A DNA stretch of 48,912 bases from Fidelibacterota bacterium (GTDB lineage Bacteria > Fidelibacterota > Marinisomatia > Marinisomatales > S15-B10), in the NCBI GenBank assembly GCA_046861655.1, contig JBHIAI010000004.1, forward strand, positions 1-48,912, given 5' to 3'. Under the pieces are notes generated by a model that had not been told where the DNA came from, searched no databases, and worked only from the letters and a program-made list of their open reading frames with translations. A program made the translations under genes and the position numbers. This document shows, piece after piece, positions 27,069 through 35,306 of this stretch (position 1 is its first letter; the number at the start of each line of letters is the position of its first letter).

Positions 27069-29435
27069 CTAAAAGGGCATCCCGAATAACACGTGGAAGT
27101 TCCACCCCTCCGGGGAAGCCTCCGTGGCCGGGACATCATCGAACCCGTAGCCCAGGTCGAATCCGAGCATCCCCAGCATGGGCATAAACATTCGGACGCC
27201 CGCTCCTGCCGACCGCTTTAGATCGAACGGATCGGTCTCGGAAAAATCCCTCCAGACATTTCCCATCTCGGCGAAGACCAGACCGTAGACCGTGGGATTC
27301 TCTGAAAAGGGAACCCGGAACTCGACCATGTACTTGAGCATCACGTTGCCCCCGATAGGACGAAGATCATTGTTGATGGGCCCCACAGTATTATCCCGAT
27401 AGCCTCGAAGAAGAATCCCATAGGGAATGCCGCTACCTCCCATGATGAACCGATCCTGGAGAGGAACGATGGCGGGCTGATCGATCCCGAACGGCAGTTT
27501 CTTAATGGCCCCCAGTTGCAGCGAACTCATCAAGGCCGTCTTCCAGAACCCAGGGGTAAACCAGTCAAATTTCAGTACGTGCTTGTGGAAACTCTCGTTC
27601 ACCCTGAGCCAGGGCCCACTTAATGGACCCCCGGAAAGGGTGGACGTCCATTGGAAGCTGGATCCCATGGAGGGGAATTCAGGATGGTTCCGGCTGTCGC
27701 GGCTGACCCCCTGCGTGATGCTTAGACCCACTGTTTGCGTCAAACCCTCGGTGAGAAGTGACAGATTCTCCTCGCTCCCACGATAGGTGGTTCTCGATCC
27801 CCGGAGCATCCACGAAGCCCTGAAGAAATTGTCTGGCCATTTCAATCGCCGACCCCACCGCACCGATCCCCCTATCGACTCACGATCCACGGAGTAACTG
27901 TAAATGGCGCTTGCGCCCCGGAGATAATAAAAAGCGGACAACCCCACAAGATTCGGTGTATCCTTAACCATGGGATCGGTGAAGCTCAAAGACACGGACC
28001 GGTACCGGGAGGCCCGTTCCCGGGTGTAGACACTGTACTGGGTCCCCTGCTGAAAACTGAAGGCCAGCTGCTGTCCCATCCCCCGGAAATTGTTGAATTG
28101 GACGCCCGCTCCCCCCGTTATCCCGTACTCCCCGGTGAATCCTATGGACGCGTTCGCCTGATCCGATGATTTTTCCTCAACCGTAATCTCCAAATCCACT
28201 TCATCGTCTGCCACCGGTATGACGTCGGGTCGTACGTCAGCAAAATAATTGAGAATGAATATCTCCCTCATACTCCTCATGAGGAGATCCCTGTTGAAAA
28301 TATCCCCGGGCAAGATCTTGAGCTCCCTCCGGATCACGTTTTCCCGGGTCTTGGTATTCCCGGCGATCTCGATTTTCCTCACCGATACCTGATGATTCTC
28401 CGTTACCACGAAATGAATGTCAAGCGAATCGTCCCCCACCGGTCGTACCTGGGGGTCGATATTGCTGTAAATGTACCCGTTGTCCATGTAGAGGTTCAGA
28501 ACCTGCTCGAAAACCGCCTTGTTGAATTCCTCCTCGTCATACAGGTCCCCCTTCTTCAGACCCAGGGCCCGCTGCAGCCTGGAATCCGGGTAGAGGGTAT
28601 TCCCCTCCCAGCTGAATTCCCGCAGGTAGTAAGGGCGGCCTTCGTAGAGGTCGAAAGTGATCACCATCCCCTTCCCATCATCGCTGTAGGCGATTGAATC
28701 GGAGAGGATTCTGAAATCCTTGTACCCATGGTTACGGTAGAAGGAAGTCAGCAAAGTCTTGTCCTGTTCGTACTCTTCCCGGTCGAAGGACGACCGCCAG
28801 AACAGGTACCAACGTTGCCGCTTTGTCTCTCTCAACTGTCGCCGGAGTTTCCCATCCGAAAAAGCTTCGTTACCGGTGAACTGGATCTCCCGGATCTTGA
28901 CTTTCTTCCTCTCATCGATACGGAAGGTCAAGACTTTTCCGTACGGGGAGGATCCTTCCTGAAGCTCCGATGTTACCTCTGCCTTGAGATACCCATCCTC
29001 CTCATACAGTTTCCTGATTTTTTCCTCCGCTTCCTTCAACAGGTGAGGCCGAATCCTCTGACCCGTCGTCAAACCCAGTTCTTCCTCCAGCTCTCTTCTT
29101 TTATTCTTACCCCCTTCAAACCTCACCTCTTCCAGGATAGGATTCTCTTCCACCTGAATGGTGATCTCAATGCCTTCGGGAGTCTCCCGGTCGAGTCGAA
29201 TCTGAATATCGGAAAACAGCCCCGTGTCCCACAACTTCTTCACTGAGCGGGACAAATCGCCGGGCACGATGGTCTTACCTTCCACAAGGCCTGAGGTATA
29301 CTTAATCACCCGGGGGGATGTCATTTCATTCCCTTCCAGGTTTACCTGGAGAAGCCGGATGGACCCGTCTGACTGGGCCCCTGCCATGGTCACCGCGGCC
29401 GCCAACAGAACCGGCAGGACACTCCCACCCTTCAC
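27069..29435 (-). CDS. bamA: Outer-membrane assembly factor BamA
   Basis: POTRA repeats (GN...S, GNTKTRENVIRREL), LRGY loop, barrel ending in Phe. Confidence 0.96.
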   Translation of the reverse strand: MKGGSVLPVLLAAAVTMAGAQSDGSIRLLQVNLEGNEMTSPRVIKYTSGLVEGKTIVPGDLSRSVKKLWDTGLFSDIQIRLDRETPEGIEITIQVEENPILEEVRFEGGKNKRRELEEELGLTTGQRIRPHLLKEAEEKIRKLYEEDGYLKAEVTSELQEGSSPYGKVLTFRIDERKKVKIREIQFTGNEAFSDGKLRRQLRETKRQRWYLFWRSSFDREEYEQDKTLLTSFYRNHGYKDFRILSDSIAYSDDGKGMVITFDLYEGRPYYLREFSWEGNTLYPDSRLQRALGLKKGDLYDEEEFNKAVFEQVLNLYMDNGYIYSNIDPQVRPVGDDSLDIHFVVTENHQVSVRKIEIAGNTKTRENVIRRELKILPGDIFNRDLLMRSMREIFILNYFADVRPDVIPVADDEVDLEITVEEKSSDQANASIGFTGEYGITGGAGVQFNNFRGMGQQLAFSFQQGTQYSVYTRERASRYRSVSLSFTDPMVKDTPNLVGLSAFYYLRGASAIYSYSVDRESIGGSVRWGRRLKWPDNFFRASWMLRGSRTTYRGSEENLSLLTEGLTQTVGLSITQGVSRDSRNHPEFPSMGSSFQWTSTLSGGPLSGPWLRVNESFHKHVLKFDWFTPGFWKTALMSSLQLGAIKKLPFGIDQPAIVPLQDRFIMGGSGIPYGILLRGYRDNTVGPINNDLRPIGGNVMLKYMVEFRVPFSENPTVYGLVFAEMGNVWRDFSETDPFDLKRSAGAGVRMFMPMLGMLGFDLGYGFDDVPATEASPEGWNFHVLFGMPF

Positions 29436-30202
29436 GCTGGCTCCCCTTTCATCTGCTCACTCACCTTTCCGAACCGCCTTTCACGAAGCTGATAATCCAG
29501 GATGGCTTCGTACAGCTCCACCCGCCGGAAAGCAGGCCAGTGCACCGGTGTGATGTAGAGTTCTGAATAGGCCAGCTGCCACAGGAGAAAATTGCTGATT
29601 CGTCTTTCCCCGCTGGTCCGGATAACCATGTCGGGATCAGGGATACCGGCCGTGTAAAGGTGGCGGCTGAACAGGGCTTCAGACAATGTATCGGGGGAGA
29701 GGGATCCTTCGATCACCTTCCGGCATATTTCCCGGATGGCATCCAGGATTTCGGTCCTGCCCCCGTAATTCAGAGCGAGAACCAGGTTGAGGCCCGAATT
29801 TCCGGACGTCCGCTGAATACCCGCCTGCAACTCTCCCCGGGGCCCGGACGGCAACTCTTCCAGGCGACCGATGATCCGGAGACGGACGTCGTTGGCCATC
29901 AGTTCGTCAATTTCCTTCCGGATGGTTTCCACCAGGAGATTCATGAGCGCCGATACCTCCCTCACCGGCCGGGCCCAATTTTCCTGGGAAAAAGTGTACA
30001 GAGTGAGATAATCAATCCCCAGTTCGCCGCAGGCCCGGGTAATCTCTCTCACGGAATTGATGCCCTCCCGGTGTCCTGCGATACGCGGTAGGCCTTGGGC
30101 TTTCGCCCACCGTCCGTTACCATCCATGATGATGGCGATATGACCGGGGAGGTTTCCCCTCGCCACGATCTCGGACTTTAGCTGTTCTGTTCCCGCTTGC
30201 AT
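29432..30202 (-). CDS. uppS: Undecaprenyl diphosphate synthase
   Basis: HIAIIMDGNGRWA, FSQENW.RP, NYGGR.EI, IRTSGE.RISNFLLWQ. Confidence 0.97.
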   Translation of the reverse strand: MQAGTEQLKSEIVARGNLPGHIAIIMDGNGRWAKAQGLPRIAGHREGINSVREITRACGELGIDYLTLYTFSQENWARPVREVSALMNLLVETIRKEIDELMANDVRLRIIGRLEELPSGPRGELQAGIQRTSGNSGLNLVLALNYGGRTEILDAIREICRKVIEGSLSPDTLSEALFSRHLYTAGIPDPDMVIRTSGERRISNFLLWQLAYSELYITPVHWPAFRRVELYEAILDYQLRERRFGKVSEQMKGEPA

Positions 30203-30215
30203 CCTTTATCTTATC

Positions 30216-30244
30216 AAGTTAAAGGCGGCCGTTTCGAATGTCAA
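30216..30244 (-). promoter_or_regulatory. Sigma70-type promoter for the uppS-bamA-lpx-dxr-rseP operon
   Basis: TTGACA (30244-30239)-N17-TAACTT (30221-30216), 13 nt upstream of the uppS ATG. Confidence 0.7.
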
Positions 30245-30289
30245 GATCGGACTATGCCGCCCTCCTTCCCGTCTTCAACTCATGGAGTT

Positions 30290-30703
30290 TCATTCGGTTT
30301 CGTACAATTCCGCTGTATGATGGTCAAATTTCCCTATGGCGTCCGGCACCGATCTGAATCTCCTGAACTCACCCCCGCATCGATAGCATACCACCATATC
30401 GTCGACCCGCCTGTAAAGGAGCCAGTCTATGAAAATCAACACCGGGAGACTCAACCCGTAGGTGAAGGGAACGAGAACGGCCCCCACAAGAACGATCAGA
30501 CATCCCAGGAGTTGATTGAAGTCCTTCCGGCGGTAGAATTGTCTGCATTGACAGTAAGGACACCGGGAGAAATCCCACTCCACAGAAGATACCTGAACCT
30601 TTTCTTCACCACAGTGGGGACATACGATATCCTCTGTTCCCACCGGTTGACTGTAGTACCGTCCGCAATGGGAACATTCCCTCCCTATGGTTGGAGGGGG
30701 CAT
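30290..30703 (-). CDS. Hypothetical zinc-ribbon membrane protein
   Basis: Four CxxC pairs (CSHC, CPHC, CPYC, CYRC); a TM hairpin lies between the third and fourth pairs. Confidence 0.75.
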   Translation of the reverse strand: MPPPTIGRECSHCGRYYSQPVGTEDIVCPHCGEEKVQVSSVEWDFSRCPYCQCRQFYRRKDFNQLLGCLIVLVGAVLVPFTYGLSLPVLIFIDWLLYRRVDDMVVCYRCGGEFRRFRSVPDAIGKFDHHTAELYETE

Positions 30704-31509
30704 CTACAGCAGGATTCCATACTGAAGAGCGTAATACTTATAGAATAGGTCTCCCATGATCACCGAGATCACCACGATATAAAGAAGACCGGTGGCGGAT
30801 TGGGTGGACCGGATGGCGATGGTTCTTAGAGCGAGAGCGCACGCTGCCAGGGGAACGACGGTCCCAAAAAGAAAAACTTGTTGGCGATGAATCCCAAAAC
30901 GAGAAGGGCGAAAAAGAGAAAGAACCCGTCGAATGACCGAATGAAATTCGCCAGTTCAACCGTCTGGCCTCCCAGCTGCACCTCACCGCCCGCCAGGGCA
31001 AATCCATCCCACACGGCTCTGACGGCCAGAACCAAAACCAGCCATCTCACCGACCGTCTGAAAAGACCCAAGGGCAAGTCGGCCACGTTCAGGTACCAGT
31101 GACCCAGGACCATGGAGAATACGGCGCCGCAAAGGACCGTTCCAGCCAGGACCCAGACCCCCCACCACGACAGATTCATTCCGATCACTTCAGTGAGAAC
31201 CTCTCCGTACACGATGAGGCCCAGAACGGAAGGCACCGACGCCACCCAGGCCAGAACCCTGGACCGGTTCCAGAAAAACCAGGTGACGGCCATCAGACTT
31301 ATGAGCCACACCGCGGCCGAAAGCCGGATGTGAATACCGGTTTCCATGAGCCACAACAGGGCCGCTGCCATCCCCGCCACCACCGAGCTTAATCCCAGGG
31401 AAAACCGGTGAAATCCCGGACTCACCCCATGGGAGGACACCAACCAGAGAAACAAGGGATAAAGGGAAGCAAAAACCGTGAAGGTCAGTACGGAGATCAG
31501 AGTGATCAT
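30704..31509 (-). pseudogene. Multi-pass membrane protein (MxLGHWYL ... STQSATG type) interrupted by a frameshifting ~32-nt insertion (real or artefact)
   Basis: The track ORF stops at 30826. Another frame continues FGTVVPLAACALALRTIAIRSTQSATGLLYIVVISVIMGDLFYKYYALQYGILL to a TAG at 30704-30706 that abuts the next ATG. Removing 30869-30900 restores one ORF. Confidence 0.75.
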
Positions 31510-31560
31510 GACCCGCCCCGGAGACCATTCCCGGGGAACGGGAGCGGACCGGTTCCTCCC

Positions 31561-32736
31561 CTAAGGGGACTCAACTTCCCGGTACAGACTGTCGGCGATT
31601 GAGAATAGCGTCTGGCTGATGTGGGAATCGGGATCCTTGATCACCACGGGGATTCCTTCGTCGCACGATTCCATGAGCTCCTGGGAAATGGGGATCTGGC
31701 CCAGAAGGGGAACCTGGAGCCGGTCGCTTTCGGCCACTCCCCCTCCCCGCTTGAACAGGTCCATTTCCACCCGGAAGCGCCCCTCGTCGTCCGCCTGGAC
31801 ATCCCTGAACCCGTCCATTTCGGCGAAAGAAATGGTGGCGCCCCTCAAGGGGCGGCCCTCCTTGTCCCGGAGAACCCCGGAGGCCACATAGCCGGACATG
31901 TTCTCCACCACCCCCACAACCGGAGCCTGAACCTTTCTGAACATGTCTGCCGCCTTTCTGACGTCCGTGAGTGCCAGGTCCTGGGGAGTGGTCACGATCA
32001 CCGCACCGGATATTCTCAGCTTCTGAGTCAGGGTCAGCTGCACATCCCCTGTACCGGGGGGGAGGTCCAGAATGAGGAAATCCAGTTCCCCCCACAGAAC
32101 ATCGGTAAAAAACTGTTCGGTCATCCGGGCCACCATGGGTCCCCGCCAGATAACGGGGGTTTCGTTTCCACTGAGGAATCCGAATGACATGACTTTCATC
32201 CCGAACTTTTCCAGAGGAACAAGTTTTCGTTCCGCGGTCATAGAGGGAGACTCATTGAGTCCCAAAAGAATGGGTAGACTGGGACCGTAGATGTCGAGAT
32301 CGAGCAACCCCACCCTGTGCCCCCTGACGGCCAGGGCGGCGGCAAGATTGGCCGCCACCGTCGACGTCCCCACCCCACCCTTGCCACTCGCGATGGCAAC
32401 GGTTCGTTTTACCCCTTCAAGGGGGACGGTAGGAGCCCCTAGAGTCCCGGGGGGTTGAGCAGTGCGGGGCTGGGACTGGGGCGATGTTCCAATCCTAACG
32501 TCGATTGAATCAAACGATTTCGCATCGTTCAGGGCTTTTTCCACCAGAGCTTTGATTTCCTCTCTTCTCTGTTCACTGGGCGTGGAGATTTCCAGATCCA
32601 CCGTCACATCGGACCCCACCACCTGAACGTCTTTCACAATGCCGAATGAGACCAGATCCCGGGTGAAACCGGGATAGTTCACGGTCTTCAGGATTTCTAT
32701 GACATCATCTTTACTCACACCGGTACCCCCGGCCAC
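31561..32736 (-). CDS. apbC: Mrp/ApbC/NBP35 family P-loop ATPase with an N-terminal DUF59-like domain (atypical)
   Basis: SGKGGVG(T)ST, DLDIYGPS, WRGPM, DLPPGTGD, VTTPQ, VVENMS. Start may be GTG 32718. Confidence 0.9.
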   Translation of the reverse strand: MAGGTGVSKDDVIEILKTVNYPGFTRDLVSFGIVKDVQVVGSDVTVDLEISTPSEQRREEIKALVEKALNDAKSFDSIDVRIGTSPQSQPRTAQPPGTLGAPTVPLEGVKRTVAIASGKGGVGTSTVAANLAAALAVRGHRVGLLDLDIYGPSLPILLGLNESPSMTAERKLVPLEKFGMKVMSFGFLSGNETPVIWRGPMVARMTEQFFTDVLWGELDFLILDLPPGTGDVQLTLTQKLRISGAVIVTTPQDLALTDVRKAADMFRKVQAPVVGVVENMSGYVASGVLRDKEGRPLRGATISFAEMDGFRDVQADDEGRFRVEMDLFKRGGGVAESDRLQVPLLGQIPISQELMESCDEGIPVVIKDPDSHISQTLFSIADSLYREVESP

Positions 32737-32750
32737 GTTACCCTTAAGAC

Positions 32751-32783
32751 AAAAAACAGTTGTTCCCGCGGGAACAACTGTTT
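32751..32783 (-). terminator. Intrinsic terminator downstream of the ferredoxin gene
   Basis: Perfect 30-bp palindrome AAACAGTTGTTCCCGCGGGAACAACTGTTT (32754-32783) ending in a T-run on the minus strand. Confidence 0.8.
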
Positions 32784-32803
32784 AACCGGGGAAGAATTCC
32801 CCG

Positions 32804-33091
32804 TTAACGCTCCTGACCGTAATACGCGTAGTTCTTGTCTATATAACTCTCCCACTCTTCCGGAACCTCGCTTTCCTCGAAAATCGCTTCAACCGGACAC
32901 TCCGGTTCACAGGCACCGCAGTCAATGCACTCTTCCGGATCGATATACAGCATTTTCCCATCGAGATTGTTCTCATCATAACCCGCTTCGGGCCACTCTT
33001 CCTTGGTGGGGTGTATGCAATCTACCGGACAGACATCCACACAGGCCGTATCGCAGACACCAACACAGGGTTCAGCAATGATATACGTCAT
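32804..33091 (-). CDS. Dicluster ferredoxin (7Fe/8Fe type)
   Basis: MTYIIAEPC...CVDVCPVDCI and CIDCGACEPECPV; acidic; strong SD GGAGGG. Confidence 0.95.
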   Translation of the reverse strand: MTYIIAEPCVGVCDTACVDVCPVDCIHPTKEEWPEAGYDENNLDGKMLYIDPEECIDCGACEPECPVEAIFEESEVPEEWESYIDKNYAYYGQER

Positions 33092-33264
33092 GATTCCCTC
33101 CTATTATCGTCTAGGTAATCCCCGATTCCTGTACGACAACCATCCCTGTTCCTGCAGGTCAATTTAATCCTGTTGTTTTCATAATTGAAATGCTTTTTGA
33201 GAGTCCCTTGTCCTTAAATTGTAAGGGGACAACCACAGTTTGAAATGGAGGAATTCCCGGAGGG

Positions 33265-34491
33265 ATGGCACCCGTACGCAATCGCCTCGAGCGGATTAAC
33301 CGCTCCATTTTCCTGCTCTGGACCGGTCATATCATTTCACACGCCGGAGATGCCATCTATCAGATCTCTCTCCCCTGGCTGATCTTAGAACTGACTGGAT
33401 CCAAAACGGCCACCTCGCTGGTGGCGTTGAGTGCCTATCTTCCCGCTGTCCTGTTTAGCCTTCCGGCCGGTGTGGTGGTAGATCAGTTCGACCGCCGCAG
33501 GGTGATGATCCTTTCCGACGCTGCCCGCATGGTTCTGATGGGTCTCCTGGTGATGTTTCTCCTCCGCGGTGGAAGCTCCCCGGCTGTCATCGGTGTCATT
33601 GCCTTTTCCGTGGCTGCCTTCGCCACTCTATTCTATCCCGCAAGGGACGCCCTCATTCCCGACCTGGTTCCGAAGGATGGACTCACCTCTGCCAACGCTT
33701 TCATTTCCACCTCTGGCCAGCTGGCCCATCTGGCGGGACCGGTCCTGGCCGCTTCCCTGGTAACCCTGGTAGGCATCACCCATCTGTTCACCATCGACGC
33801 CCTGAGTTTCGGAGCCAGCATGGTATCCATAGCGTTGATTGCCCGGATCATACCGAGGGAATCCACCGGGCAAACAAGGGCGAAACACCTCCGGGATCTT
33901 CAAAGAGGCATCCGGTACGCCCTCTCCGAAAGAGCCCTGGGAGCCCTGGTCCTGCTCACCGCCGTGAACAATCTGTTCATCATGGGCCCGGCCATGATCG
34001 GAACCCCCATTTTCGTCAGGGAGGTCCTTCGCATGGACTTTGTCGCCTTTGCCACCATCGAGGCGTTTATGGCCGCAGGGATGCTCATAGGATCGTTCAT
34101 CGTTTGGCGATTCTTCCGGGAGATCAATCCCTCCCTCATCCTGTTCCTGGGTATGATCGTGGACGGACTCAGCTACAGCCTCCTGTACATGGTCCATACC
34201 TATTCCGCCACCAAGATTCTGCTCCTGATTCATGGAACAGGGATCCCCATGATCACCATTTCCCGGACCACCATCATCCAGAGGGTGGTGCCTCATGAGC
34301 TCCGGGGCCGGATCTTTTCCATGGTGAACATGTCCGTCATTGGGTTCACCGCCCTGTCCTCTGGATTGGTAGGACCGGTGGCGGAAATGGTCCCCATTCC
34401 CACTGTGTTTCTCATCATCGGCGTCGGTGCTTCCCTGTGCGGAGTGGCGGGACTCACCCACCGGGGAATGATGAGCCTGGGGAAGTATTGA
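33265..34491 (+). CDS. MFS transporter (DHA3/macrolide-efflux-like)
   Basis: About 12 TM segments; G..VD.FDRRR motif A; P.ELRGR.FS. Confidence 0.9.
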   Translation: MAPVRNRLERINRSIFLLWTGHIISHAGDAIYQISLPWLILELTGSKTATSLVALSAYLPAVLFSLPAGVVVDQFDRRRVMILSDAARMVLMGLLVMFLLRGGSSPAVIGVIAFSVAAFATLFYPARDALIPDLVPKDGLTSANAFISTSGQLAHLAGPVLAASLVTLVGITHLFTIDALSFGASMVSIALIARIIPRESTGQTRAKHLRDLQRGIRYALSERALGALVLLTAVNNLFIMGPAMIGTPIFVREVLRMDFVAFATIEAFMAAGMLIGSFIVWRFFREINPSLILFLGMIVDGLSYSLLYMVHTYSATKILLLIHGTGIPMITISRTTIIQRVVPHELRGRIFSMVNMSVIGFTALSSGLVGPVAEMVPIPTVFLIIGVGASLCGVAGLTHRGMMSLGKY

Positions 34492-34516
34492 AAGAGCCCC
34501 TGTATTGTGGTATTTT
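34488..34516 (+). promoter_or_regulatory. Candidate promoter
   Basis: TTGAAA-N17-TATTTT with TG just upstream of the -10, about 30 nt before ATG 34546. Confidence 0.45.
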
Positions 34517-34545
34517 CCCCCACACAGGACCCGATCCCCTGAACC

Positions 34546-34791
34546 ATGTCCAAGGAAGAAAGAATCCGGGAAGAGAATGAGAGAATACGGAAGCTCCGCC
34601 GACTGGCGGACCTTACCTGTGCCCTTCTGTACCAGTTGCCCTTGACCGAAGAGTCGGCCATGAGCCTGATCGATTCCGCCCGGAAAAAGGCCTTGGAATG
34701 GTTCCCGGAGAAGGAGGAGCAGTTCAACCTGATCTACCTTCCCCGGTTTACCCGCATCCTCCGGGAAAGACAACTCCTGACTGAAAACTGA
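34546..34791 (+). CDS. Small conserved-looking hypothetical helical protein
   Basis: Fills the gap on the co-oriented strand; protein-like motif FPEKEEQFNLIYLPRF.RIL.ER. Confidence 0.7.
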   Translation: MSKEERIREENERIRKLRRLADLTCALLYQLPLTEESAMSLIDSARKKALEWFPEKEEQFNLIYLPRFTRILRERQLLTEN

Positions 34792-34827
34792 TTCATTTTC
34801 TTGCAGAATTGGCTGGGAATCTTGCCG

Positions 34828-34856
34828 TTGAATCTGCCCCGCGGCTGGGTTAACTT
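34828..34856 (+). promoter_or_regulatory. Candidate promoter
   Basis: TTGAAT-N17-TAACTT upstream of the GGAGG SD and ATG 34879. Confidence 0.55.
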
Positions 34857-34878
34857 TTTTGCCGATCTGGGAGGTGTT

Positions 34879-35217
34879 ATGGCCGTCAGGAAACAAAAAG
34901 CGTACGATCACTACAAGACTGTCCCCGAAGTGGTCGATGAACCGGGAGCCAAGAAGAAAAAACCACGCCTGATGGCGGTGGTGGATGAGGATAACTGTAC
35001 GGGCTGCCAGGTGTGTATCCCCTTTTGTCCCGTGGATTGCATAGAGCCCGTTCCCGAGGACAAATACGGTATTCCCATTCCCCCTGTCCAGGTCAGGTTT
35101 GAGGAATGCATCGGTTGCCAGATCTGCGCCCGGGTGTGCACCAAACTTACCTGGGACGCCATCCGGATGATGCCCACCGAAGAATTCGAGAAGACCTACG
35201 GAATCCCCGTTTCCTAA
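34879..35217 (+). CDS. 2x[4Fe-4S] dicluster domain protein
   Basis: CTGCQVCIPFCP and CIGCQICARVC. Start moved to ATG 34879 after GGAGGT. Confidence 0.9.
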   Translation: MAVRKQKAYDHYKTVPEVVDEPGAKKKKPRLMAVVDEDNCTGCQVCIPFCPVDCIEPVPEDKYGIPIPPVQVRFEECIGCQICARVCTKLTWDAIRMMPTEEFEKTYGIPVS

Positions 35218-35238
35218 GGACTCCCCCGCCGAATTCGT

Positions 35239-35267
35239 TTGACCGATCTGCCCCTTAGAGCTACCTT
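35239..35267 (+). promoter_or_regulatory. Candidate promoter
   Basis: TTGACC-N17-TACCTT upstream of the FGGY kinase. Confidence 0.45.
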
Positions 35268-35306
35268 CAGCCAGGTACGCACGGCCTATGCCTGTTCCAG
35301 GGCAAC

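Noticed and set aside
33628..34911. 427-aa minus-strand ORF
   Set aside because: Antisense shadow of the MFS transporter and the small ORF.
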